A stretch of 64,000 nt of DNA from Nitrospirota bacterium (GTDB lineage: Bacteria > Nitrospirota > UBA9217): NCBI GenBank assembly GCA_963741205.1, contig CAVUHW010000008.1, positions 96,001-160,000 on the forward strand. Direction: 5' to 3'. The position numbers were made by a program, and so were the translations under genes. Shown here one piece after another: positions 33,237 through 43,489 of the stretch. The notes below the pieces were generated by a model. That model searched no databases. It saw only the letters and a list, made by a program, of their open reading frames with translations, and was not told the DNA's origin. Every line of letters starts with the position of its first letter. Position 1 is the first letter of the stretch.

Positions 33237-33400
33237 GAAAAACCGGAGAAGTTCCAAGGAGGGGGTGGTTCACATCACTCCCTCCTATTTTTTTAACGTT
33301 GGTCATCTCCTAAATATTAAAGGGGGATCCAGTTTTTTACGAGGACATTCAGGAATAAGGCCGGTTTTGCGGGCGTTCACGACATGTTCACGCCATGTCC

Positions 33401-33429
33401 TTGACAAACGTCTCTTACTGCTTTACTCT
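33401..33429 (+). promoter_or_regulatory. Sigma70 promoter for REC-lpxC
   Basis: TTGACA-17-TACTCT. Confidence 0.55.
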
Positions 33430-33471
33430 ATTGCCACTTTAACCTGAGACGGACATTGTTCAAAACCTAAT

Positions 33472-34803
33472 ATGAAACCTATCTGTATCGTAGACGACCA
33501 GCCTTCCATTTCCTCCACCGTTGCGAGCATTCTGAAGGACGAGGGATACCAGGCCCTTTCATTTCCGGATGCGGAGAGTTTCTTGCAGAGGCTCGATACC
33601 CTGGAGCCTTCTCTCGTCCTGCTGGATATCTGGCTCCCGGGCATAGACGGCATGCAGCTCTTGAAACGTCTGCAGGACCGGTTCCCCGCGCTCCCCGTCA
33701 TCATGATGAGCGGACATGCCGGAATCGAGGCGGCGGTTGCCGCGATCAAGGCGGGGGCCTACGATTTTTTGGAGAAACCGCTGCATCTGGAGGTTTTACT
33801 CGACAAGGTGGCGTCCGCTTTGAAGCACCGGCCGGTCGGGACCAACGAGACCCTGCCCTCGGATACGCGTCTTGAGATCGCAAGCGCCGACCATGCGATG
33901 CCTCCCGGCGCGGTGGACGTGGTGGATTCTCCTGAACCTCAGCGCACCCTCAAGGGGAATGTGGTCCTGAACGGGACAGGGCTCCTGAGCGGCAGGAACA
34001 CGGGGATCATCCTGAGCCCCCTCGGGATCAACGAGGGGATCGTCTTTCAAACGCTTGACGGTCAAACCATCAGCGGACATATTACTTCCCTTGAGGATTA
34101 CTCACAGTCAGTCTCGTCGAAGACCTTTTCCGCGAACTCCACGACCCTGGTCAACGGCTTTCGGCGCGTGCGCACGGTTGAACACCTGATGGCGGTTCTT
34201 TCCATGTACGGTATAACCAACGTGCTGGTAAAGGTCGATGAGGAAATACCGAACACGGACGGTTCCGCCCAGCATTTCTGCGACCTCATCGGGGAGGCGG
34301 GGATCGAGGAACAGCCTGCCTTCACCAAGGTCGCCGTCATCCGCAGGAAGATCGGCGTGGGAAATGAGGAGAGGGGAGAAAAGCACCTCTATGCGGAGCC
34401 GTTTGAAGGGTTCGAGATATCGATGCGGGTCGACTACCCGACGCCTATAGGCGAACAAGTCCTCACATTCAATCCTGAACGTATGTCCTTTGCAAAGATG
34501 ATAGCCCCGGCCCGCTCTTTCAACACCTTTGAAAATATCGAAATGGCCCAGAAACTCGGAAAGGTGGGAGGCGGATACCTCAATTCCCATATCATCATGT
34601 ACGACGGCAAGGTCATCAACACTGAACTCCGCTATCCCGACGAATTCGTGCGCCACAAGATATTGGACCTGATCGGAGACCTCTACCTCCTCGGTCATCA
34701 CATCAGAGGACGCATTATTGCCAACATGACCTCCCACGGTTATAATCAGGCCCTGGTGCAACGCTTGTACGAGGCTGTCCAGAGCAGCTCCAGGAAATTA
34801 TGA
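33472..34803 (+). CDS. lpxC: Response-regulator receiver domain fused to UDP-3-O-acyl-GlcNAc deacetylase LpxC
   Basis: REC: VDD, LLDIWLPG, MSGH, EKP; LpxC: QRTLK, TVEHL, DGSA, ARSF, DEFVRHKILDLIGD, SH. Confidence 0.9.
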   Translation: MKPICIVDDQPSISSTVASILKDEGYQALSFPDAESFLQRLDTLEPSLVLLDIWLPGIDGMQLLKRLQDRFPALPVIMMSGHAGIEAAVAAIKAGAYDFLEKPLHLEVLLDKVASALKHRPVGTNETLPSDTRLEIASADHAMPPGAVDVVDSPEPQRTLKGNVVLNGTGLLSGRNTGIILSPLGINEGIVFQTLDGQTISGHITSLEDYSQSVSSKTFSANSTTLVNGFRRVRTVEHLMAVLSMYGITNVLVKVDEEIPNTDGSAQHFCDLIGEAGIEEQPAFTKVAVIRRKIGVGNEERGEKHLYAEPFEGFEISMRVDYPTPIGEQVLTFNPERMSFAKMIAPARSFNTFENIEMAQKLGKVGGGYLNSHIIMYDGKVINTELRYPDEFVRHKILDLIGDLYLLGHHIRGRIIANMTSHGYNQALVQRLYEAVQSSSRKL

Positions 34804-34864
34804 CCCGGCTCTTCTCCGCTTTACGCTCTCCTGAAATAAGCGATCATCCAGGAGGAGAAAGATC

Positions 34865-35635
34865 ATGAAGTTAAAGCATTTGCTTTGCGGTTTTTTCATT
34901 GTGGTTGTAGCGGCATCATCCGTGTTCGCAGTACCGACGCAGATCACTGTCCGGGTCAAGTCCAAGGACGCTAAGTTCGTGGGCACCAGTATGGGGGGCG
35001 TTCTGATCACGATCAGGAACGTACAGACCGGCGAGCTATTGGCCAAGGGGCGTACCGCCGGCGGCACGGGCAATACGGCCAAGATCATGACGACGCCGAT
35101 CACGCGGGGCGTGGCCATTTCTGACGAGAGCGCGGCCAAATTCTCCGCCACTATCGACATCGACGAACCGGTCCAGGTCGAGGTGACTGCGTTCGGGCCT
35201 TCCGCAAGCCTTCAGTCCGCCAACAAAGTATCCGCGACCCAGTGGGTGGTGCCGGGCAAAAACATCACTGAGGGCGATGCCTGGCTTATGGAGCTGCGGG
35301 GCTTCGCGGTGGACGTGTTGGCCCCTCCCACGCACTCCATGCTCATGGGAGTGCCGCAGGCCGTGGCCATCAAGGCCAATATCACGATGATGTGCGGCTG
35401 TCCCATCACGCCCGGCGGCCTGTGGGATGCGAACAAGTTTGAAGTGGCGGCCCTCCTGAGCAAAGACGGGCAGCGCATCGGCGTCCTGCCCCTCCAGTAT
35501 GCCGGGAGCACCAGCCAGTTCTCCGCAATCTGGAACCTGCAGGAGCCGGGGACCTATGAAGCGACGGTGTATGCCTACGACGCTTCGAACGGGAATACCG
35601 GGATTGACAGCGTGACCTTCATGGTAGGAAAATAG
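34865..35635 (+). CDS. Secreted conserved hypothetical protein with CGC motif
   Basis: Signal peptide; KDAKFVG; MMCGCPITPGGLWD; SD AGGAGG. Confidence 0.75.
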   Translation: MKLKHLLCGFFIVVVAASSVFAVPTQITVRVKSKDAKFVGTSMGGVLITIRNVQTGELLAKGRTAGGTGNTAKIMTTPITRGVAISDESAAKFSATIDIDEPVQVEVTAFGPSASLQSANKVSATQWVVPGKNITEGDAWLMELRGFAVDVLAPPTHSMLMGVPQAVAIKANITMMCGCPITPGGLWDANKFEVAALLSKDGQRIGVLPLQYAGSTSQFSAIWNLQEPGTYEATVYAYDASNGNTGIDSVTFMVGK

Positions 35636-35637
35636 AC

Positions 35638-36528
35638 ATGCAGGCCGCTGTTGTCTCGAGTCCGGTGAACGAAAGGTTTGTGCCGTTTATGGAAGAATCG
35701 CAAATAGGACCTCTCTTAGCCAAACTTGACAAGCTCCTGGACCGCTATGTGGACGGCGGTCCGACAGCTCCGTCTTTTGATACCTACCAGGCTTTCGTCT
35801 GGGACGGGAAGCGAAAGTCTATCAGGCCCGTAAAGCGGCCGGTACGGGTCTCCCCGGACGAGCTTATCGGCATCGACTCCATTAAGAAAGAAGTGGTCCG
35901 CAACACGAAGAATTTTATCGAGGACAGGAGGGCTAACAATGTCCTGCTCTGGGGCGAACGGGGCACGGGCAAGTCGTCGCTTCTGAAGTCGCTCCTCACC
36001 GTCTTCGACGGGACGCCGCTCAGGATGGTCCAAATCTACAAGCATGACATCCTCACCATCCAGGACCTCTATGACGTCATCGCCGCAAGCAAACCCTACC
36101 GGTTCATCCTGTTCATCGACGACCTGTCCTTCGAAGAGAGCCAGACCGACTATAAGGAAATGAAGATCATCATGGACGGCGGGCTCGAGGAAATTCCTGA
36201 GAACGTTCTGTTCTACGCCACCTCGAACCGAAAGCACCTGGTGCCCACGCGATTTTCCGACAACGACAGCGACGAGATCCGTCCTTCCGACACGGTCGAG
36301 GAAAAAGTCTCGCTCGTGGACCGCTTCGGCCTGCGCTTGGGCTTTTACCATTTTTCCCAGGACACCTACCTTGAGATCGTCGCTTCCTATGCCGCAAAGT
36401 ATGGGGTCAGCATGGACAAGGAAAGGCTCGAAGAACTGGCGATCCGGTGGGCCATGGGGGCAGGAGGCAGGAACGGCAGGATCGCCGAGCAGTTTATCAG
36501 GATGGTCCAGGGAGACGGCTTGAGTTAG
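35638..36528 (+). CDS. DUF815 AAA+ ATP-binding protein
   Basis: NNVLLWGERGTGKSS, FIDDLSFE, YATSNR.HL, EEK.SL.DRFG. Confidence 0.92.
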   Translation: MQAAVVSSPVNERFVPFMEESQIGPLLAKLDKLLDRYVDGGPTAPSFDTYQAFVWDGKRKSIRPVKRPVRVSPDELIGIDSIKKEVVRNTKNFIEDRRANNVLLWGERGTGKSSLLKSLLTVFDGTPLRMVQIYKHDILTIQDLYDVIAASKPYRFILFIDDLSFEESQTDYKEMKIIMDGGLEEIPENVLFYATSNRKHLVPTRFSDNDSDEIRPSDTVEEKVSLVDRFGLRLGFYHFSQDTYLEIVASYAAKYGVSMDKERLEELAIRWAMGAGGRNGRIAEQFIRMVQGDGLS

Positions 36529-36675
36529 CATGCAGGCTGCGCCCTTTTCCCCTCTTCCGGTCTTGCCTTTTCACTGATTTTAGATTATCCTCATTGTAGC
36601 GTAACCGGCGTCAGCAGCTGAGTGGTCCCCTGCGGGCGCTTCAATCACATCACAACGCCATCGGAGGTAGAGGAA

Positions 36676-37146
36676 ATGATAAAGCTTCTCATAGCAATCG
36701 ACGATTCATCGAGCGCGATGAAGGCGGTAGACTACGTTGCGCAGCAATTCGTCGGATGCGGCGCGCAGATCAGCCTCGTGCATGTTCTGCCGAACCTGCC
36801 CGCCATCTTCTGGGACGAAGGACATATCCTTTCCGAGGAAGAGAAGGGCGACCGGCAGAAGGTCGTCAGCAAATGGCTTGACGATCAGAAGGCCAGGATG
36901 GAGCCTCTTTTCAAGAAATCCGTTGAAACGCTGGCTGCGAAGGGAGTCCCCTCGGATTGGGTGCAGACCAGGTTCCTGTCCGATTCAACGGACATTGCAG
37001 ACAGTATCCTCGAAGAGGCCAGGAACGGCGGGTACAAGACCATCGTCGTGGGACGGTGTGAACATCCCGCAAAGCACTTTCTGGGGAGCGTGTCGGGCAA
37101 GATCGTCAACCAGGGAAGCGGCATGACCGTAGTCATCGTTGAATAG
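36676..37146 (+). CDS. Universal stress protein
   Basis: LIAIDDS..A..A, LVHV, IVVGR, LGSVS. Confidence 0.88.
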   Translation: MIKLLIAIDDSSSAMKAVDYVAQQFVGCGAQISLVHVLPNLPAIFWDEGHILSEEEKGDRQKVVSKWLDDQKARMEPLFKKSVETLAAKGVPSDWVQTRFLSDSTDIADSILEEARNGGYKTIVVGRCEHPAKHFLGSVSGKIVNQGSGMTVVIVE

Positions 37147-37398
37147 GAGGTCCCGGTGTCGTAAGGCCGGTAAACGCCTGGCCCTCTTCTTTTCGGCGGC
37201 GGATTCTCCATCTTTCTTTGCCTGACCTTCCCGGACGGAACGCCGTTCCTTAAACCTGCGGCCATCTGCGGCTGACGGCCTTTCCCCGCGTAATACCGCC
37301 TCGTCCCCGCCGATTTTTTCAGCTTAATTTTTCAATTTTTTGTATTATCTTTTTTGCATTACGGCAATCCACCGTTGCCGAAGGAAAAAGGAGATGAT

Positions 37399-37905
37399 AT
37401 GAAAGTCTCTGTGAAAATAGCGGCACTGTTTTTCGCCGCCGGCGTTATTGCGCTCGTCCTGTTCATGATGAAAGAAACACCCAAATCCGAAAGTTCAATC
37501 ATTGCCGGAGAGAGGGACAAGCTTGCCCGCTCCCTGGATAAAGAGCGCGCCCAAAAGGATCAGGACTATGTCCGCGACCTGGATGACAAGCTGCGGTTCC
37601 TCGGTTACCGGCTGGCCCTGGCATACATTGCGGAAAAAAAGCCCGATGACGCCATCGGGGTCCTGGAGAAGATGATCAAGGACGAAGAGGCGAAGTCCCC
37701 GGGCAACAGGCCCCGGCGCTCCCGCAGTTATTTTGACGAAGCGCGGTACTACGGGGCGCTGATGAGGGCTTATGAACTGAAGGGAGACGACGGCGGTGCG
37801 ACTAAGGCGGCGCGGCTCCATGATGAGCTCCAGTCCAGGGCCTCGGAACTGAAGAAACAGGAAGATCAGAGTGAAGGTAAATCTGTCGGCATGAAAGCGC
37901 AGTAG
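37399..37905 (+). CDS. Membrane-anchored helical (TPR-like) hypothetical protein
   Basis: N-terminal TM helix, LALAY....PDDAI..LE TPR-like helices; SD AAGGAG. Confidence 0.6.
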   Translation: MKVSVKIAALFFAAGVIALVLFMMKETPKSESSIIAGERDKLARSLDKERAQKDQDYVRDLDDKLRFLGYRLALAYIAEKKPDDAIGVLEKMIKDEEAKSPGNRPRRSRSYFDEARYYGALMRAYELKGDDGGATKAARLHDELQSRASELKKQEDQSEGKSVGMKAQ

Positions 37906-37994
37906 CGGGCATCGTTATCGTTGCCGATGCTCCAAGCAGTTCCAGTTTTCTCCGGTTTTATCCGCCTGCAGGATTTCGTTTGGAGCTGCAATCC

Positions 37995-38819
37995 ATGGAC
38001 ACCCTTTCCGGAAAAAGGAAACTCGGCCTTGCCTTAAGCGGGGGCGCCACCCGCGGCCTGGCGCATATCGGCGTGCTCCAGGCGCTTGAAGAGAACGGCC
38101 TTTGGCCCGATTTTATTTCCGGCACGAGCATCGGCGCTTTCGCCGCCGTTCTTTACGGCTTCGGCGTACCGCTTGCGAAGATGCGGACCGTGGGGGAGGG
38201 GATGACCCCTCTCCGGGTCACGAAGCTCAAGCTTTCCCGGTACAGCCTCTTCTCGAACGAGGAGTTGGGCAAGCTCATCAAGGCGGAGATCGGGACCGCC
38301 CGGCTCGAAGAGTCTCCTATTCCGCTCGCCATCGTGACGACGGACATCAGCACGGGCGAGAAAGTCGTGCTGCGGGAGGGCGAGGCAGCGTCAGCGGTGA
38401 TGGCGAGCAGCGCGCTGGCGGGCATCTACCTGCCGGTGCGCATAAACAACAGGCTGCTGATGGACGGCGGCATCATGGAGGACGTGCCGATTTCGCCGCT
38501 TCGCATGATGGGCGCCGACGTCGTGGTGGCCGTCAATCTGAGCGCCCAGCGCAAGTACCGGATGCCCGAGGACATTATCGACATCCTCTTCAATGCCTTC
38601 GATATCGCCATTGACGAGAACACCAAGGTCCAGGTGAAGGCAGCCGATGTGCTCATCGAGCCCTGCCTGTTCGATTTTCGCCGCATGGATGTGAGCCAGA
38701 TCGACGAACTCATCGCGGAGGGTCGCCGGGCCGCCGTGGAAAGCATCCCCCGGATCAGGGAAGAGCTGGAGCGTCCCGCGGGACAGGCCGCCTCCCGGAA
38801 AGATCTTTGCGCCGAATAA
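37995..38819 (+). CDS. Patatin-like phospholipase
   Basis: LSGGATRG.AHIGV, GTSIG, DGG. Confidence 0.92.
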   Translation: MDTLSGKRKLGLALSGGATRGLAHIGVLQALEENGLWPDFISGTSIGAFAAVLYGFGVPLAKMRTVGEGMTPLRVTKLKLSRYSLFSNEELGKLIKAEIGTARLEESPIPLAIVTTDISTGEKVVLREGEAASAVMASSALAGIYLPVRINNRLLMDGGIMEDVPISPLRMMGADVVVAVNLSAQRKYRMPEDIIDILFNAFDIAIDENTKVQVKAADVLIEPCLFDFRRMDVSQIDELIAEGRRAAVESIPRIREELERPAGQAASRKDLCAE

Positions 38820-39162
38820 AATCCGCACGGGTGATCACTTCCAACGACTCATCATCCTGTTGGCATTCGTGTTACCAAGACCATTAAGAAAAAGAGCGGC
38901 TGCGAACAGTTTCAGGACGAAACCTGCGGTTCCCGTTGACCACACTTTGTTTTTCTATGCCTGTATAACCTTGCTGCTATCTTTGTATGAAATTTCTTCG
39001 CCTTGATCGTCCCGGACATTTTCTGCAATTTTTGTCGGATTGACACAGGTATACAGAGAGTTAAAATATATCAGGAGAGATGCAAGGTAGAGCAATGTCT
39101 CTTCAAGCCGGGGGCCCCAGATAATGACCCTCGGCTCTCATTTTGTGCGCGGAAATCGCGGC

Positions 39163-39250
39163 AACGCCCTGCACTCGCGCTGTCGCACACCCTGCATTCG
39201 CGCTAGCACTCATAACCGCTGGGTGCAGGCTCATAATCGCCGGGTGCAGG
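39163..39250. repeat. Modular 23-bp/21-bp palindromic element (2+2 units)
   Basis: CCCTGCACTCGCGCTGTCGCACA CCCTGCATTCGCGCT AGCACT CATAACCGCTGGGTGCAGGCT CATAATCGCCGGGTGCAGG. Confidence 0.8.
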
Positions 39251-39298
39251 TTCGGTTGCCTTGCTCCCTGAAAACATGGTATAACGTCCCGACACTCC

Positions 39299-40414
39299 AT
39301 GGATAGTCAAGCTCACATGCAAAACGACAAACTAAAATCCCTTGCTCAAAAGGTCGCCCGGCTCTCTCATCTCCTGACGCGGGAGCGAGAGGACCTGCCG
39401 GCCTCATACCTGAAGGATGCGGGGCTCCGGGAAGCGTATCTCTCGTATTTTCTCCCCCCGAACCTCGGGAAAATTCATGTGCCGCTCAGGGAACTGTCGC
39501 GCCATCCCGAAAGGCTGCTGGAAAAGGACAGGCTCCGGATCCTTGATCTGGGCTGCGGGCCGGGCACTTCGCTGCTCGGCATACTCGAATTTTTCGCGGC
39601 GCAGGAGAAACGTCCTCATCTCGAGTTCGTCGCACTCGATCTCGTTGCCGAGAACCTGAAAATCGCCGAGGATTTATTTGCCTCCTCGCGGAGCGCGAAG
39701 GCGCTCCCGGCCTCCCTGAAGACCATCCGCTCGAGCATCGAGAGCGCAGGGCAGCATGTTGCAGGGGCCTTCGATCTCATCATCCTCTCGAATGTCCTGA
39801 ACGAGCTTTTCGCCCATGAAGGGCGGAAGATCGAAAAACGGTTTGTGGTGACGGAGGAGATCATAACAACGCTGCTCGCGGACAACGGCAGCCTCATCAT
39901 CATCGAGCCGGCCCTGCGTGATACGTCGCGGGAGCTGCTAGAAGTCAGGGACCGATTGCTGGGCGAGGGTTTTCACATCTACGCCCCCTGTTTCTTCCGA
40001 GGAAAATGCCCGGCCCTCGCGAATCCCAAGGACTGGTGCCATGAAGACATTCCGTGGGACCCGCCTGCCGTGATCAGGGAACTGGACAGGCTGACGGGAC
40101 TTCGGAAAGATTCGCTCAAGTTCTCCTGGCTCGTCCTGCGAAAGGACGGCCTCTCGGCAGCCGACTTCTACGGCAGGAATTCCTTCCGTGTTGTAAGCGA
40201 GCCGCTCGTTTCCAAGGGCAAAGTCGAATTCTACCTCTGCGGCATGAACGGAAGAAAACTCGTAACACGGCTCGACAAGGACAGGTCCGCAGGCAACGAA
40301 GGCATGGGAGCGATGAGGCGGGGCGATGTTGTAGTCTTCGAGGGGCTTCTCGACGAGGGGAAGCGATATAAAGTCGGTAAGGATACCAGCGTAAGTGTAA
40401 GAAGCAACCGCTGA
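39299..40414 (+). CDS. Rsm22/METTL17-like SAM-dependent methyltransferase-fold protein
   Basis: AYL.YF.P.N, LDLGCGPG, IIEP, APC.....CP......WCH, KFSWL. Confidence 0.8.
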   Translation: MDSQAHMQNDKLKSLAQKVARLSHLLTREREDLPASYLKDAGLREAYLSYFLPPNLGKIHVPLRELSRHPERLLEKDRLRILDLGCGPGTSLLGILEFFAAQEKRPHLEFVALDLVAENLKIAEDLFASSRSAKALPASLKTIRSSIESAGQHVAGAFDLIILSNVLNELFAHEGRKIEKRFVVTEEIITTLLADNGSLIIIEPALRDTSRELLEVRDRLLGEGFHIYAPCFFRGKCPALANPKDWCHEDIPWDPPAVIRELDRLTGLRKDSLKFSWLVLRKDGLSAADFYGRNSFRVVSEPLVSKGKVEFYLCGMNGRKLVTRLDKDRSAGNEGMGAMRRGDVVVFEGLLDEGKRYKVGKDTSVSVRSNR

Positions 40415-40459
40415 TTGCTTCTTGATTCCCGCCCCTGTTTACCGTATTATCTCCCCGAT

Positions 40460-41014
40460 ATGAGCAGATACCGTCCGCCCCAGAAACCGGGCTCCAAGTA
40501 CATCACCCCCGAAGGCAAGAAGCGCCTCTCCGACGAGTTCGAATATCTCTGGCGGACCAAGCGCCCCGAGGTGACGGCGGCCCTCGCGGCGGCCGCTGCA
40601 GAGGGCGACCGTTCGGAAAATGCGGAGTATATCTACCGCAAGAAGCAGCTCCGCGAAATAGACTCCCGGATCCACCATCTCAAAGAGCGGCTCGAACACA
40701 TCGTCGTCGTGGACAGTCCGCCGGACAACGAGTCGCAGGTGTTTTTCGGGGCCTGGGTGCGGCTTGAGGACGAAGAGGGGAACAGGAGCGAATACCGCAT
40801 CGTGGGGCCCGATGAATTCGACCCCGCAAAGAACCTGATCAGCATGGACTCCCCCATGGCCAGGGCGCTCATGAAAAAGTCCGAAGGCGACGAGGTCGTC
40901 GTGAAGCGGCCGAAGGGTGACGCGATGTTTACGATCCTGTGCGTTCAGTATGAGCCGTTTCGAGATAACACGTTCTTGATCGCGAACATAGTAGCCTACA
41001 TTCCATGCGGATAA
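40460..41014 (+). CDS. greB: Transcription elongation factor GreB
   Basis: YITPEG, RPEV, GDRSENAEYIY.K..LREID, FFGAWV, IS.DSP.ARAL. Confidence 0.92.
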   Translation: MSRYRPPQKPGSKYITPEGKKRLSDEFEYLWRTKRPEVTAALAAAAAEGDRSENAEYIYRKKQLREIDSRIHHLKERLEHIVVVDSPPDNESQVFFGAWVRLEDEEGNRSEYRIVGPDEFDPAKNLISMDSPMARALMKKSEGDEVVVKRPKGDAMFTILCVQYEPFRDNTFLIANIVAYIPCG

Positions 41015-41170
41015 CAAAGAGCCCATCACCCCTCGCATGCCTCTCCCATCGAAGGGAGGAGGAGCCTTAAAAAACGGATTCCCGCTTCAAGGGGAGTGGC
41101 CAGGGATTGGCACTGAGAATATCACGATCAGTTGAACACTGTTGCTTCAAAAGAATTAAGGAGGCCGCTG

Positions 41171-41881
41171 CTGAACCTGATTCTTTTGCATCCTGAGGAC
41201 CTTACCGAGGCCACGGAACGCGTGCGGCTTACGGGTCGTCGTCTCAAGCACGTTCTCGAAGTGCACCGCGCTTCTGTCGGCGACGAGCTTTGCGTGGGAA
41301 TGCTGGGTGGTCGCATCGGCATCGGGAACGTCACTCTCCTGACTCAATCAGTCCTCGAGATGGAGGTGCGGTTCGGGCAGTCGCCGCCGCCTCCACTTCC
41401 GCTGACCCTTATTCTCGCCCTGCCGAGGCCGAAGGTGCTGAGACGGCTGCTCCGCTCTGCGAGCGCCCTGGGTGTGAAACGGATTATCCTGATCAACTCT
41501 TTTCGCGTGGAGAAGAGCTACTGGCAGACCCCGTTCCTGAATGACGAATCCGTGAAAGAGCAACTGGTCCTCGGCCTTGAGCAGGCGAAAGACACCGTCC
41601 TTCCCGAGGTCCGGCTCCGGCCGCTCTTCAAGCCGTTCGTGGAGGATGAGCTGCCCGGGCTCATCAAGGAAACGCTTCCCCTTGTCGCCCATCCCGCCGG
41701 CGCGGAACCCTGTCCGCGGGACATCAGGCGCAACGTGACCCTTGCCGTCGGTCCTGAAGGAGGTTTCATCCCTTACGAGATTGACAAACTCGTCTCTTGC
41801 GGGTTCATGCCGGTATCGCTGGGAGAACGCATTCTGAGCGTTGAAACGGCGGTGCCTGCCCTCATTGCCCGGCTCTTCTGA
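41171..41881 (+). CDS. rsmE: 16S rRNA m3U1498 methyltransferase (possible CTG start)
   Basis: NLILL N-terminus, LPRPK, VEKSY, EQA.DT, VGPEGG, LGERILSVETA. Confidence 0.9.
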   Translation: MNLILLHPEDLTEATERVRLTGRRLKHVLEVHRASVGDELCVGMLGGRIGIGNVTLLTQSVLEMEVRFGQSPPPPLPLTLILALPRPKVLRRLLRSASALGVKRIILINSFRVEKSYWQTPFLNDESVKEQLVLGLEQAKDTVLPEVRLRPLFKPFVEDELPGLIKETLPLVAHPAGAEPCPRDIRRNVTLAVGPEGGFIPYEIDKLVSCGFMPVSLGERILSVETAVPALIARLF

Positions 41882-41888
41882 TCAAAAA

Positions 41889-41917
41889 ATCCGTGTACAT
41901 CCGTGTTCATCCGTGGC
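41889..41917. repeat. Single arm of the ATCCGTG-type periodic repeat
   Basis: ATCCGTGTACATCCGTGTTCATCCGTGGC. Confidence 0.7.
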
Positions 41918-41928
41918 AAAATGAACTT

Positions 41929-42351
41929 ATGATCAAAATCACGAACAATATCTTCATTGACGAAAGCGAAATCCAACTCAACTTCGTCCGTGCTTCCGGC
42001 CCCGGCGGCCAGAACGTCAACAAGGTCGCCACGGCCGTGCAGCTCCGGTTCGATGTGGGGAATTCTCCATCTCTCCCCGGCGATGTGCGCACGCGTCTGA
42101 TACGACTGGCAGGAAGGCGTGTCACCCAGGACGGCATCCTGATCATCGAAGCGCGCCAGTTCCGCACTCAGGAGCGGAACCGTGAGGATGCGATAGATCG
42201 GCTTGCTGAGCTTATCCGCAGGGCCGCGGAGAGGCCGAAGCCGCGGAAGAAGACGAAACCCTCCAAAGCGTCGAAGGAGAGAAGGATTGAGGGCAAGAAG
42301 CGAAGGGGCGAGGTCAAGAAGATGCGCAGGGCTGCGCCGGGTCTTGAATAG
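41929..42351 (+). CDS. arfB: Alternative ribosome rescue peptidyl-tRNA hydrolase
   Basis: RASGPGGQNVNKV, RTQ..NR.DA, basic C-terminal tail. Confidence 0.93.
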   Translation: MIKITNNIFIDESEIQLNFVRASGPGGQNVNKVATAVQLRFDVGNSPSLPGDVRTRLIRLAGRRVTQDGILIIEARQFRTQERNREDAIDRLAELIRRAAERPKPRKKTKPSKASKERRIEGKKRRGEVKKMRRAAPGLE

Positions 42352-42558
42352 TATTACTCGCATGAAAACCGCAGCGAGTATTGTTACGCGGATAATGCGC
42401 AGATGCATTCCGCACGCTTTGATCGGCGAATCCATTTTTGATAATTGAACAATGGATTCCCAAAGAGGCATTCATGCTGCATTTCTACCTGCCGCATCTT
42501 AATCCGCTTTTCCTGAAGTAAATCGTGAGACGTTAATAAATGTGGTGTAGGGTATCTT

Positions 42559-43236
42559 ATGGCGAAACCGTGGCAGACACTCGATAAGGCGGAAACTCCG
42601 GACGGGGTGCTTGAACTGCGGAGGCGGGGAGAGAGGGACTTTTTGATCCTCATCAACAACCGTGTGCTCATGAACAGCAGCGCGAACAGGTCCGAGCTCG
42701 CGCTCGGTGAGCTGGCCTGCAAGGTTGTGGCGGCGCGCCCGGGTCCCCGAGTGCTCCTTGGCGGACTGGGCATGGGGCTCACCCTGCGGGCGGCGCTCGA
42801 TTCGTTGCCTCATACCGCGGAGATCGTCGTCTCCGAGCTGAACCCTGTTGTCGCTACCTGGTGCCGCGGTCCCCTGGCGGGGCTCACGAATAACGCAGTG
42901 GGTGACCCTCGCGTTATCATTATGATCGACAATGTTGCCGACATAATCGCGCAGTCGGCAGAGCAGGGCGTAAAAAAGTACGATGCAATCATCATAGACC
43001 TTTATGAAGGCCCGCATGCGGGAACGGACGCTGTCAATGATCCCTTCTACGGAAGCCGCGCCCTTACGAAGACAGCCGGGGCGCTTTCGGCAGGCGGTGT
43101 TTTCGCTGTCTGGGGAGAGGCCTCCGATGCGGCGTTCGAGAGGCGCCTTGCGGCGGCGGGATTTTCGGTTGACCGGCAAAGGCCGGGCAGAGGCGGGCTC
43201 AGGCATGTCGTGTACGTGGCGCAGAAACTGAAGTGA
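42559..43236 (+). CDS. Spermidine-synthase-like SAM-dependent methyltransferase
   Basis: LMNS, LLGGLGMG.TL, VSELNP, IIDLYEGP. Confidence 0.8.
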   Translation: MAKPWQTLDKAETPDGVLELRRRGERDFLILINNRVLMNSSANRSELALGELACKVVAARPGPRVLLGGLGMGLTLRAALDSLPHTAEIVVSELNPVVATWCRGPLAGLTNNAVGDPRVIIMIDNVADIIAQSAEQGVKKYDAIIIDLYEGPHAGTDAVNDPFYGSRALTKTAGALSAGGVFAVWGEASDAAFERRLAAAGFSVDRQRPGRGGLRHVVYVAQKLK

Positions 43237-43255
43237 ACCTTTTTCGAGTGTTGTA

Positions 43256-43489
43256 CTACTTGCTTGATTTCAGCAATTCAATGATACGCGGAGTGCACCG
43301 CTTCCCTTTGCATGAACCGCCACCCGTGCCCGTGGCTTTTTTCAGTTCTTCGACCGTCCGTAAGCCTGCCTTGATGTGCTTGAGAAAGACGCTCTTCCTG
43401 ATGCCCTTGCATTGGCAGATCGGTTTGAGGCCGTCGATGATGTCCTGGTTCTTCGTCAAAGTAGATGATAACTCCTCTCGGCCCATCAT
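43256..43489 (-). CDS. BFD-like [2Fe-2S]-binding protein
   Basis: ICQCKG ... GSC.GKRC. Confidence 0.8.
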   Translation of the reverse strand: MMGREELSSTLTKNQDIIDGLKPICQCKGIRKSVFLKHIKAGLRTVEELKKATGTGGGSCKGKRCTPRIIELLKSSK

